From: a virus | Virus record (IMG/VR): IMGVR_UViG_3300044993_000286 | Coordinates: 1-47,689 of that record | Length of the DNA: 47,689 nucleotides | Reading direction: 5' to 3' (one strand) | Part shown: piece after piece, positions 34,215 through 41,937 of the stretch | How the letters are laid out: every line of letters starts with the position of its first letter | Numbering within the stretch: position 1 is the first letter of the stretch | Program-made: the position numbers and the translations under genes | Notes under the pieces: generated by a model | What the model was told of the DNA's origin: nothing | Seen by the model: the letters and a program-made list of their open reading frames with translations, nothing else | The model's database searches: none

Positions 34215-34775
34215 ACAAACGATGTAAAAACTAAAGTAGCAGATATAGTTACTAAATCTAAAAAAGCAGGAATTAAGTATGTGATACTTCATTATGTCGG
34301 AGTGGCAAATACCGACACTACAGCTGAAAGGATTTCCTGGTATCATAAGGTTAAATTGAGATGGTCTAAAGATGGTTATCATTTATTCTTAAATGATGAT
34401 GGTTTGATTGAATATCTTGACCCGATAGGAACAAGAGTAAACGGATGTCTCGGAACGGGTAATACCTGGTGGGAAAGAGCAAGAGGAATAAAGTCTAACG
34501 AAGAATATATCGGAGTTAAGGCTCTTCATATTTGTTTTGAGACCGTTAAAGGATATTCTATGTCAAAAACACAGGAAGAAGTCCTTTTGTATCTGTTTAA
34601 GGAATTGATAAAGTCTAATCCTAATATTTTGATTGGCGGACACAGAGAGTTTCCTGATTATGCAAGTTGGAATAAAAGACAGCAGACACTATGTCCCGGT
34701 TTTTCAGTCTCGGATTGGTTGATGGAAAAAGGAATCTCTAAAGCTAATTGCTTTTATGAGGTATTTGTGCCATGA
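34212..34775 (+). CDS. N-acetylmuramoyl-L-alanine amidase endolysin (Amidase_2 / T7 lysozyme / PGRP type)
   Basis: VILHYVG ... DGYHLFLNDDGLIEYLDP ... ALHICFE ... GGHREFP ... TLCPGF matches the order of the zinc-binding and catalytic residues (H, Y, H, C) of T7 lysozyme. Confidence 0.8.
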   Translation: MTNDVKTKVADIVTKSKKAGIKYVILHYVGVANTDTTAERISWYHKVKLRWSKDGYHLFLNDDGLIEYLDPIGTRVNGCLGTGNTWWERARGIKSNEEYIGVKALHICFETVKGYSMSKTQEEVLLYLFKELIKSNPNILIGGHREFPDYASWNKRQQTLCPGFSVSDWLMEKGISKANCFYEVFVP

Positions 34776-35140
34776 CAGAGTTTATAATAGTAACACTAAT
34801 TTGTGTAGTACTTTCGGCTTTATTTGATTCCGAAAAAGATACTATTCAATACAAACCATTTATGACTATCTTTAAGTTTAAATGGTGGACTGAACAAAAC
34901 TATTTGATAAGAAAGATATTAGCTTCCAAGTTACCTGATTGGTTAGTTAAAGTCTTGTATTATCTGTTCAGATATCCTTTGTCTTTTATGATAAACGGGT
35001 GGCACTTTTGTAAAAGCACTTCTCTCATCTTTTTGTTTCTCCCGGTGGCTATCTTCAATCCGTACTTTGAATGGTACTATTTGTTGATAGCCATTTATAT
35101 TTTTTACGGAATTGCATTTAACATTTCATACGATTATTGA
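34772..35140 (+). CDS. multi-pass membrane protein, holin candidate (122 aa)
   Basis: ATGA overlap with the endolysin gene. Several hydrophobic helices (FIIVTLICVVLSALF, SLIFLFLPVAIF, YYLLIAIYIFYGIAF). Confidence 0.45.
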   Translation: MTEFIIVTLICVVLSALFDSEKDTIQYKPFMTIFKFKWWTEQNYLIRKILASKLPDWLVKVLYYLFRYPLSFMINGWHFCKSTSLIFLFLPVAIFNPYFEWYYLLIAIYIFYGIAFNISYDY

Positions 35141-35152
35141 AAGGATGGTAAA

Positions 35153-35593
35153 ATGACCGAAGCATTATATCTGAAATTACTGACAATTGCAATCGGTATT
35201 ATCACGGCAGGTGCGGGATTAATATCGGGAATGTTATCTTGGTATTTGAAAGGATTACATACAAAAATTCAAACAATTGAAAAAATTCAGGCAAATATAG
35301 GACAACAACATGTTGAAATAACAACCAACTATTTGACAAGATTTACCAATCTTGAATCTAAAATGGTATCTTTGTTTGAGGAACTGCGAAATGTCTTAAA
35401 CGACCATTTTACACAAAGGCACACGGAAGTAACGGAACAGATTGCAGAGTTACAAGCACAACTTGTAGAAACCATAAGAAGAACAAACGATGCTTCGGCT
35501 GATTTTTATAAAGAACATGCGGGTACATTGGAATGGGCAAAAGCTCAAAAGGAAATGCAGGAATCAAGAAAGAGAAAACGCAATGTACAGTAA
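35153..35593 (+). CDS. membrane-anchored coiled-coil protein (146 aa), lysis accessory candidate
   Basis: N-terminal transmembrane segment (LLTIAIGIITAGAGLISGMLSWYL) followed by a helical, charged region. The architecture is i-spanin-like, but no partner lipoprotein was found. Confidence 0.4.
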   Translation: MTEALYLKLLTIAIGIITAGAGLISGMLSWYLKGLHTKIQTIEKIQANIGQQHVEITTNYLTRFTNLESKMVSLFEELRNVLNDHFTQRHTEVTEQIAELQAQLVETIRRTNDASADFYKEHAGTLEWAKAQKEMQESRKRKRNVQ

Positions 35594-35696
35594 AGCAAGA
35601 CTGCGTACTGATTTGGCTAAAATTAAGTCGGACTTAAGAACGATTTATAGTGAATCGGAAGGACCCGTAAAGCAATTAAAGATATCAGAAATATGA
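35583..35696 (+). CDS. small hypothetical protein (37 aa)
   Basis: The ATG overlaps the end of the previous gene, and the ORF fills a 136-nt gap. Sequence MYSKARLRTDLAKIKSDLRTIYSESEGPVKQLKISEI. Weak SD. Confidence 0.3.
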   Translation: MYSKARLRTDLAKIKSDLRTIYSESEGPVKQLKISEI

Positions 35697-35729
35697 TTCT
35701 CAATATTGGTGAAATAGAAAGGTATTTAT

Positions 35730-35993
35730 ATGATACTCGAACAATTAACTCCACTGATGGTAAAAGCGATAATGGTTTTAATACTGACGGAAATTGCCAA
35801 TCGGTACAGTCCTAAATGGTTAAGACCAAGATATATATTGGCTTTATTATCGATTCTTATTGTATATTTGTATAAGTCTGAATTTTTAATCGGGGACTCA
35901 TTAGTAGTAATGAGTCTTTCGGTTTTGTCTTATGAGATATTTGGTAAGGATGCAGTAACCAAAATCATGAAAATTATCAAGGAAAGATTATGA
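35730..35993 (+). CDS. small membrane protein, holin candidate (87 aa)
   Basis: SD GAAAGG. Contains two to three hydrophobic helices. Confidence 0.45.
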   Translation: MILEQLTPLMVKAIMVLILTEIANRYSPKWLRPRYILALLSILIVYLYKSEFLIGDSLVVMSLSVLSYEIFGKDAVTKIMKIIKERL

Positions 35994-35996
35994 GTT

Positions 35997-36551
35997 ATGA
36001 AAAGTATCTATATACTACTGTCAGTATTAATAGTCTTAATTGGCTATTTAATTTACAAAGAACAAGTACGAGAACCGATTATTGTTCAATCAGATACACT
36101 CAAAGTAATCGACACAGTGTACATAGAAGGACAATCTACCGTATCCACTTCTATACAGAAGATGGAGACGAAGACAATAGTGATAGATTCGACTAAGTAC
36201 ATTGACTATACTGTACTGCTTAAGGAAGCATTGGAGTATTATAAAGACTCTCTTATTTCGACACCTAAAAACTTCATAGCACAGAAAGATACAGTAGTCG
36301 GAGATTCCCTCGTCAAAGTTAATATTCATCTTTCTTCACCACTACCCTTTCATCCCAACACAATTGTTAAGAGTACTCTGGATTATAAACTTCCCGTTGT
36401 TAAAGAAACTATTACGGTTACCAATACCATTGTCAAAACTCCTTTGTTAACCTATGGGTTAAGTGTAGGTGGTGGTTATGGAATGGTTAATAGCAAGTGG
36501 GATATGTGGATAGGTGTCGGATTAATGTTTAATTTAGGAAAACTTTTATGA
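35997..36551 (+). CDS. membrane-anchored protein (184 aa)
   Basis: N-terminal signal anchor (IYILLSVLIVLIGYLIY) with no lipobox Cys. Gly-rich hydrophobic C-terminus (GLSVGGGYGMVNSKWDMWIGVGLMFNLG). Confidence 0.55.
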   Translation: MKSIYILLSVLIVLIGYLIYKEQVREPIIVQSDTLKVIDTVYIEGQSTVSTSIQKMETKTIVIDSTKYIDYTVLLKEALEYYKDSLISTPKNFIAQKDTVVGDSLVKVNIHLSSPLPFHPNTIVKSTLDYKLPVVKETITVTNTIVKTPLLTYGLSVGGGYGMVNSKWDMWIGVGLMFNLGKLL

Positions 36552-37441
36552 CAATACTTGAAAAATTGTTTCGTCAACAAGGGTATGATGACCCTCCTAA
36601 AAGAACATCTTTGTTTGATGAGCAACAAAAGTTGCAAATAGAACAATTTAGGAAAAAACCTTTTGGTACATTTCCTCGTGAATATCTTTGGGAAAAAATA
36701 TCCGATTCAAATTATCCCGGTGGATATAGAGAAAGATTCAGACAGGAGTTTTTTGATAATTTTTTCAGACAACCGCCTACTTATGATATTAAAACACAAC
36801 AACCTAAGTATAGAACTCTTGTTATTAATGAACCTAATAAACCTTTGTATGTGTGGACTCAATATCATCCTGAAGATTCTCTTGACCCAAATGAATATGT
36901 CCCCATGCAATTATTTCCCGGAGATGAATTATATGATGAAATTTATCGTAAATACAGACCAAATGAAATAAGAAGTTTACCCGCTTCTTCTTCAAACGGT
37001 AAAGTGTTTTATGAACAAGCTCCTGCTGAATCAATAGGCAAATTAGATATTCCCTTAGGACCCTATAACTCTCCCGGCAGAGGAATCGCAGAGGGTACGG
37101 GTTTGCTTCCTTTTCCCGACCCTCCTGTTCCTCTGCAATATGTTGAAAAACCTTTTGTTCCGAAAGAGTATGTTCCTAATATTCCGACTAATGTAAACAC
37201 CATGCCTAAATTACCTTCTTATGGAGAATATACTCCTTATCCGGGATTTAAACCAATTGAACCTTTTTATATCAATCCAAAGACTCCTGCGGGATATTTT
37301 CATAAAGCATTTATAAAAGAAAATTTATTAACTCCTTCCATTGAAGATGATGTAAAGAGTATGATGGTTACAAAAAAACCTAAAAGTTTACTTCAAATGG
37401 TAATTGATTTTCCGTTAAAACCAATGCGTGGAATAGAATGA
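36548..37441 (+). CDS. proline-rich hypothetical structural protein (297 aa)
   Basis: ATGA overlap. The C-terminal half is Pro-rich. Confidence 0.6.
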   Translation: MTILEKLFRQQGYDDPPKRTSLFDEQQKLQIEQFRKKPFGTFPREYLWEKISDSNYPGGYRERFRQEFFDNFFRQPPTYDIKTQQPKYRTLVINEPNKPLYVWTQYHPEDSLDPNEYVPMQLFPGDELYDEIYRKYRPNEIRSLPASSSNGKVFYEQAPAESIGKLDIPLGPYNSPGRGIAEGTGLLPFPDPPVPLQYVEKPFVPKEYVPNIPTNVNTMPKLPSYGEYTPYPGFKPIEPFYINPKTPAGYFHKAFIKENLLTPSIEDDVKSMMVTKKPKSLLQMVIDFPLKPMRGIE

Positions 37442-39816
37442 GACAGTTAGAACAGATAAACGATTTCAGTAAAGGTATAATAACATCAATAGATGCTCTT
37501 GATATACCCAATGAAGCTTCTGTTTATAGTGAGAATATAGACCCTTCAATAGGATATTTGACTCCCGTTAATTTGCCTTCAACTGTAACAGGAACGGGAA
37601 CGGTTCCTTCCAATGCTTTGGTAGCAAGTTTTGTGGTAAAAGATAGCAATTCAACGGGATTATTCTATGCTCATTTAAGCGGAAACCTTCTATTCAAACT
37701 TATAGATGATTTCAGTCCTACTTTCAATGTAATGGCGACTAACATTAGCAGTAATGAACAGGTTTCTCACTTCATTCCAAAGGATAAAGAACTGCGTATT
37801 GCCCGCTATTCAAATTGGAGTCCTAAAATATTCAAATATCACGACTATGTTTATAATGGTTTGAAAGGAAAAGTTTCCGTAACTAATGTCCCGGTAAGCT
37901 CAAACAAACTTCTGTTTACGGGAACAATGTATTACGATACGGTTGATTTGGTTTCAATACATGACAGAAGTGGTAATTATGAACATTATACTGCATCTGC
38001 CGTAAATCATAATGGTTTCGTTAAAATTACTTATGATAATCCTTATACCATAAGTATTTTTAAGGTAGGAGATGCAGTAGCAAATAATGGCATAGTTTCT
38101 CCTTATCCAATTGTTACTCAAACAGGATATGATGGTTCTTCTTGGTATGTCATTGTTAATACTGCTTGGAATAATCAAGTTGTTACTTGGGTTGATTACG
38201 ATTCAGGAACATCGCTAAAAATACGCTTTTTAGTCAGACATAATAATGTTGACGACCATTTGGTGGATATCGATTCTCCTGTAAATGTTACAGGTTATCA
38301 AACGGTAGATAATCATAATCTTAAAGTAAGATTACCTGTTAACAATACTCTTAATTGGGTAAAAGGAAACACATTTACGGTCAGAAAATCAAATTGGATA
38401 TATGAAACAAATAACTTATCAAATTATAGTTCTCAAATAACGGGACCTACAATAAATCCGACTTCAGGAGCCGGTTATTTTGTTACTACGAAAAAGTATT
38501 TTTACAAATATTCTTTGGTTTACGAAGGTTTTCAGCAATCTTTATTGAATGACACTCCTACAACAATTGTTCCGACAAGCAATTGCCTTAATTTGCATAT
38601 TCATACTTTTATTCTTTTAAATTATCTTACAAGTTTTTCTCAAAGAGTAACGGGTTTTAATCTTTACAGAGCGGAAGCTTCGGATACTACAAAAACAAAA
38701 CCCGATACTTATTACAGACTTGTAAAGTCTTGGGATTTTACCGAAGAATTTTTGGAATCCGCATGGGATGAAGCACAACAAAAAGTTAAACTTACTCATG
38801 TAGATTACGGTAATTGGGGAGCTTCTTATGAATCTCTTACGGGTATTTCAGAAAGTTTGACAACTATAGTACCTAATTACACTTACGGAGTTTATAGCGG
38901 TAACAGATTATTTACAATAAACAATTACATAGCTGATGAGCCTGAAGCTTCCAGAATGCTTTTAATGAGTCAACCTTTGAAATATGATACTTTTTCATGG
39001 GATAAAGAATATGTTCTTTTGGGAAATGTTCCAAAAGGAATCGGTGAATTCAGAGGTACTATTTTTGTATTCAGTAATAATGTTATTTGGAAAATTAACC
39101 CCGATACTTTGAGCATAGACCAAACTTGGACGGGATATGATTTATTAAGTCAAAGCAGTATATTGACTACCGAGTATGGATTGTTATTTTGTACCAATAA
39201 CGGAGCTTACATAATCGATACAACAAATATTACCGAATTGAGTTACAATATCAGAAATAAGAATGGAGTAAACTCAGGAATAAGTAATACGGCTATTTCA
39301 TGGAAAGAATTTATTACCTCGAATACCAAACTTTATACTTATTTTGATGAAAAAAAACAATCGTTTGTATTTTTTGATACTTATACCGAATCTGCTATGG
39401 TTTATTACATACCGGGAAAATCATGGTGGTATTGGAAGTTTGCGCCCAACTCTGCCAATAGTACTTCTACACTGTTCATTGACCATAATCAAAATGTGTA
39501 TTACAGTACGGGAACTTCTTTGAAAAAATTTTACGGAGGTAATTTTGCCGCTACTACATGGATAAGTAAACTCATTTCATTAGGAGCGGTAAAACAAAAG
39601 AAAAGGCTTCAGAAGCTCAAATATAGCGGAAGTGGTACTTTATACTACGGAATAAATAATAATGCTCCTACGACCTCCGTAGGAAGTGAGGAAGGCAGTT
39701 TAACCTACAGTTATTTTGAAACTTTACAGTTAAAAATAACTCAATCGTCTTCTCCTACCAGATTTGTTTTTAAAGCTATTGAAATCATTTATCGTTTAAT
39801 GAAAGGATTAAGATAA
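37438..39816 (+). CDS. large tail protein (792 aa), possible nozzle / tail tubular protein B analogue
   Basis: Its size and its position just before a run of internal-protein-like genes parallel the T7 gp12-gp16 order. No motif was verified. Confidence 0.35.
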   Translation: MRQLEQINDFSKGIITSIDALDIPNEASVYSENIDPSIGYLTPVNLPSTVTGTGTVPSNALVASFVVKDSNSTGLFYAHLSGNLLFKLIDDFSPTFNVMATNISSNEQVSHFIPKDKELRIARYSNWSPKIFKYHDYVYNGLKGKVSVTNVPVSSNKLLFTGTMYYDTVDLVSIHDRSGNYEHYTASAVNHNGFVKITYDNPYTISIFKVGDAVANNGIVSPYPIVTQTGYDGSSWYVIVNTAWNNQVVTWVDYDSGTSLKIRFLVRHNNVDDHLVDIDSPVNVTGYQTVDNHNLKVRLPVNNTLNWVKGNTFTVRKSNWIYETNNLSNYSSQITGPTINPTSGAGYFVTTKKYFYKYSLVYEGFQQSLLNDTPTTIVPTSNCLNLHIHTFILLNYLTSFSQRVTGFNLYRAEASDTTKTKPDTYYRLVKSWDFTEEFLESAWDEAQQKVKLTHVDYGNWGASYESLTGISESLTTIVPNYTYGVYSGNRLFTINNYIADEPEASRMLLMSQPLKYDTFSWDKEYVLLGNVPKGIGEFRGTIFVFSNNVIWKINPDTLSIDQTWTGYDLLSQSSILTTEYGLLFCTNNGAYIIDTTNITELSYNIRNKNGVNSGISNTAISWKEFITSNTKLYTYFDEKKQSFVFFDTYTESAMVYYIPGKSWWYWKFAPNSANSTSTLFIDHNQNVYYSTGTSLKKFYGGNFAATTWISKLISLGAVKQKKRLQKLKYSGSGTLYYGINNNAPTTSVGSEEGSLTYSYFETLQLKITQSSSPTRFVFKAIEIIYRLMKGLR

Positions 39817-40037
39817 TGCAAGCTCCTATTGCAAAAACGGATAATTTACAGTATATTGTGGATAGTATTTATAAGGAATTGACTGAATTGAAAACTGAAA
39901 TAAAAAACATCAGTTCTAATATAACTTCAAACAAAACATTTGAAGTGGTTAAATATGGCAATAATGATTACCGTATTGTGGTAGCTTCCGTTGATGGTAA
40001 AGTAATTTCCCCCGCTTTTACATTGAAGGAGGATTAA
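39816..40037 (+). CDS. hypothetical protein (73 aa)
   Basis: TAATG overlap with the upstream gene. Confidence 0.55.
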   Translation: MQAPIAKTDNLQYIVDSIYKELTELKTEIKNISSNITSNKTFEVVKYGNNDYRIVVASVDGKVISPAFTLKED

Positions 40038-40038
40038 C

Positions 40039-40719
40039 ATGTTGGATTTTTTAAGTAGTGCTATTGGTCCTATCGGAGCAGGTATTGGTGGTTTAATGGG
40101 TTTAATAGGAGGATTAGGACAAGAACGCTTGGATTATGGTCAAGAGCGAAAAGACATAATGAACTTTGCTAATCTTGCAGGAACTCGTTCTAATGAAATG
40201 TATGACTACGGTAAACAGTTCATGGATGCGGATTCCCCCTGGTACAGACAAATGGCAGCTAATGTCGGAAGACAATATGATGTTATGACCGATACCATGA
40301 GGAATTTAGCAGCTACGGGTATTTCTTCTTCATCGCAATACAGAAGAATGTTGAATGACATACAAAGAAAAGCTTTTGATTCTCAATCGGGAATGATGGC
40401 TGATATGTATGCTCAAGGAGTACGCAATGCCGCTAATATGTTTGGACTTTCCAAAGACTGGTCAGGACAACAACTTAATGCTTATCAGATTCATGCTGCT
40501 ATGAAAGAAAAAGAAAATGCGTCAAAAAATGCTCCTTACGAATCATTTCTAAAAGCAGGAGCAGGACTCTTGGGAACATTCGGAGGACAAATGCTTGCTA
40601 ATCAAGGTAATCAGTACGGAATATTTACAGGCAATACCAATAATTCAAGCAATTTCGGTAATAATCGTGCTTCTTTTTACGGTGCTCCGTACAATAACAA
40701 TAATCCTTATGGTTATTAA
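40039..40719 (+). CDS. putative internal virion / ejection protein (226 aa)
   Basis: SD AAGGAGGA. Gly-zipper-like N-terminus (AIGPIGAGIGGLMGLIGGLG) and an N/G-rich C-terminus. Confidence 0.4.
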   Translation: MLDFLSSAIGPIGAGIGGLMGLIGGLGQERLDYGQERKDIMNFANLAGTRSNEMYDYGKQFMDADSPWYRQMAANVGRQYDVMTDTMRNLAATGISSSSQYRRMLNDIQRKAFDSQSGMMADMYAQGVRNAANMFGLSKDWSGQQLNAYQIHAAMKEKENASKNAPYESFLKAGAGLLGTFGGQMLANQGNQYGIFTGNTNNSSNFGNNRASFYGAPYNNNNPYGY

Positions 40720-40730
40720 TGAGGTGATAA

Positions 40731-41927
40731 ATGGCTGGTGAAGATTGGTCAAGTGTATTTTTACAAGCATTGCAGAATTCAATGGCTGAAGCAAAAGCTT
40801 CTCAAAGATGGAATCAGGAATTGGCTTTCAAAAAAGACCAATTCAAGCAAGAAGTTGAAAATTTTAACAGAACTATGGGATTAAATGAGAAGCAATTTGC
40901 CGAAGCTCAAAATTTAAACAGAGCCGCTTTTGCAAAAGATTTCAGTGTAGTAAATCCTGAAGAATGGAGTAAATATGCTTCTTACTATGGAGGAACCGTA
41001 AGTAATCCTTTTGATTCAAATGATACATTAAGATATGTTCCGAGAGTTGCTTTGAATCAAAGAAGTCATGATGAAGAAATTGCAAAACAAAGAGCTTTTG
41101 AATTTTCAAAGTATTTTGTTCCGTATAATGAAACTGCCGTTAACAGTTTTACTTATGGTCCTGCAAAACAATTAGCTCAAGTTCAAGTAAATCCAAATTA
41201 TTTGTTTGGAGATAAAGACAAATTATTCTTAGATAATAATGTTCCCGTCGGTAATTACACTCTTCTTGAAGCATTAAAGAATGCAACCGCTATAGAAAGT
41301 GATTATTCTAAATTCCAACAAGCACAAGCTGCAGAAAGGGAATGGCATAATCTCCAGGCTGCTTTAGAAAGACAAAAGATAGCACAGGAAAACTATTGGA
41401 GACAAAAACAATATGAAACTTTGCAACATCAAAATTCAGGTTATTACAGAGTAAGAGATAATAACGGTGACACATACTACACGTATTTGACTCCTGACGA
41501 GCGGAACAATATGAGTAGTTTAGGACATATAATAACACCCGCTACTCCTGAAGAAGCCGCTAATAATATGACTTGGAGAAAAATTGTCGGAGGAGGAGGA
41601 GAAGAAAAAGGATACATAGATAACATTAATAACTTAAAAACATCAAGTGAATTGCTTGATGCTTGGAATAAATTACTGGAAAGAGGAGTCAATCCTTATT
41701 ATGTTGCTCCGTTATACAGAGCATTTTTAAATAAGCTTTATGATGCTCAAATACAAGAGTATTACGGACCACATGTAAGCAAATTCTTTAAACCTAACTT
41801 CGGAGCCATAAATAAAGCTCGTGAAAATAATAAATTCAGTTCTGCTTATTATGACCTTGAAGGATTGATTTACAACACACCGAGAACCGGTATTAATTCT
41901 CATTTAGTTTTACAACCGCAACGATAG
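40731..41927 (+). CDS. hypothetical structural protein (398 aa)
   Basis: SD GAGGTGA. Lies in the run of internal-protein-like genes. Confidence 0.55.
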   Translation: MAGEDWSSVFLQALQNSMAEAKASQRWNQELAFKKDQFKQEVENFNRTMGLNEKQFAEAQNLNRAAFAKDFSVVNPEEWSKYASYYGGTVSNPFDSNDTLRYVPRVALNQRSHDEEIAKQRAFEFSKYFVPYNETAVNSFTYGPAKQLAQVQVNPNYLFGDKDKLFLDNNVPVGNYTLLEALKNATAIESDYSKFQQAQAAEREWHNLQAALERQKIAQENYWRQKQYETLQHQNSGYYRVRDNNGDTYYTYLTPDERNNMSSLGHIITPATPEEAANNMTWRKIVGGGGEEKGYIDNINNLKTSSELLDAWNKLLERGVNPYYVAPLYRAFLNKLYDAQIQEYYGPHVSKFFKPNFGAINKARENNKFSSAYYDLEGLIYNTPRTGINSHLVLQPQR

Positions 41928-41937
41928 GAGATAAATA

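Noticed and set aside
35490-35696. Embedded or overlapping ORF as an o-spanin partner of 35153..35593
   Set aside because: It has no signal peptide or lipobox Cys. Only the distal 37-codon part (35583..35696) is kept as a low-confidence small gene.
35990-37034. Alternate-frame ORFs 35990..36196, 36090..36329, 36663..36971, 36707..36910 and 36834..37034
   Set aside because: They overlap the better-supported genes 35997..36551 and 36548..37441. Their translations are compositionally odd and they have no SD.
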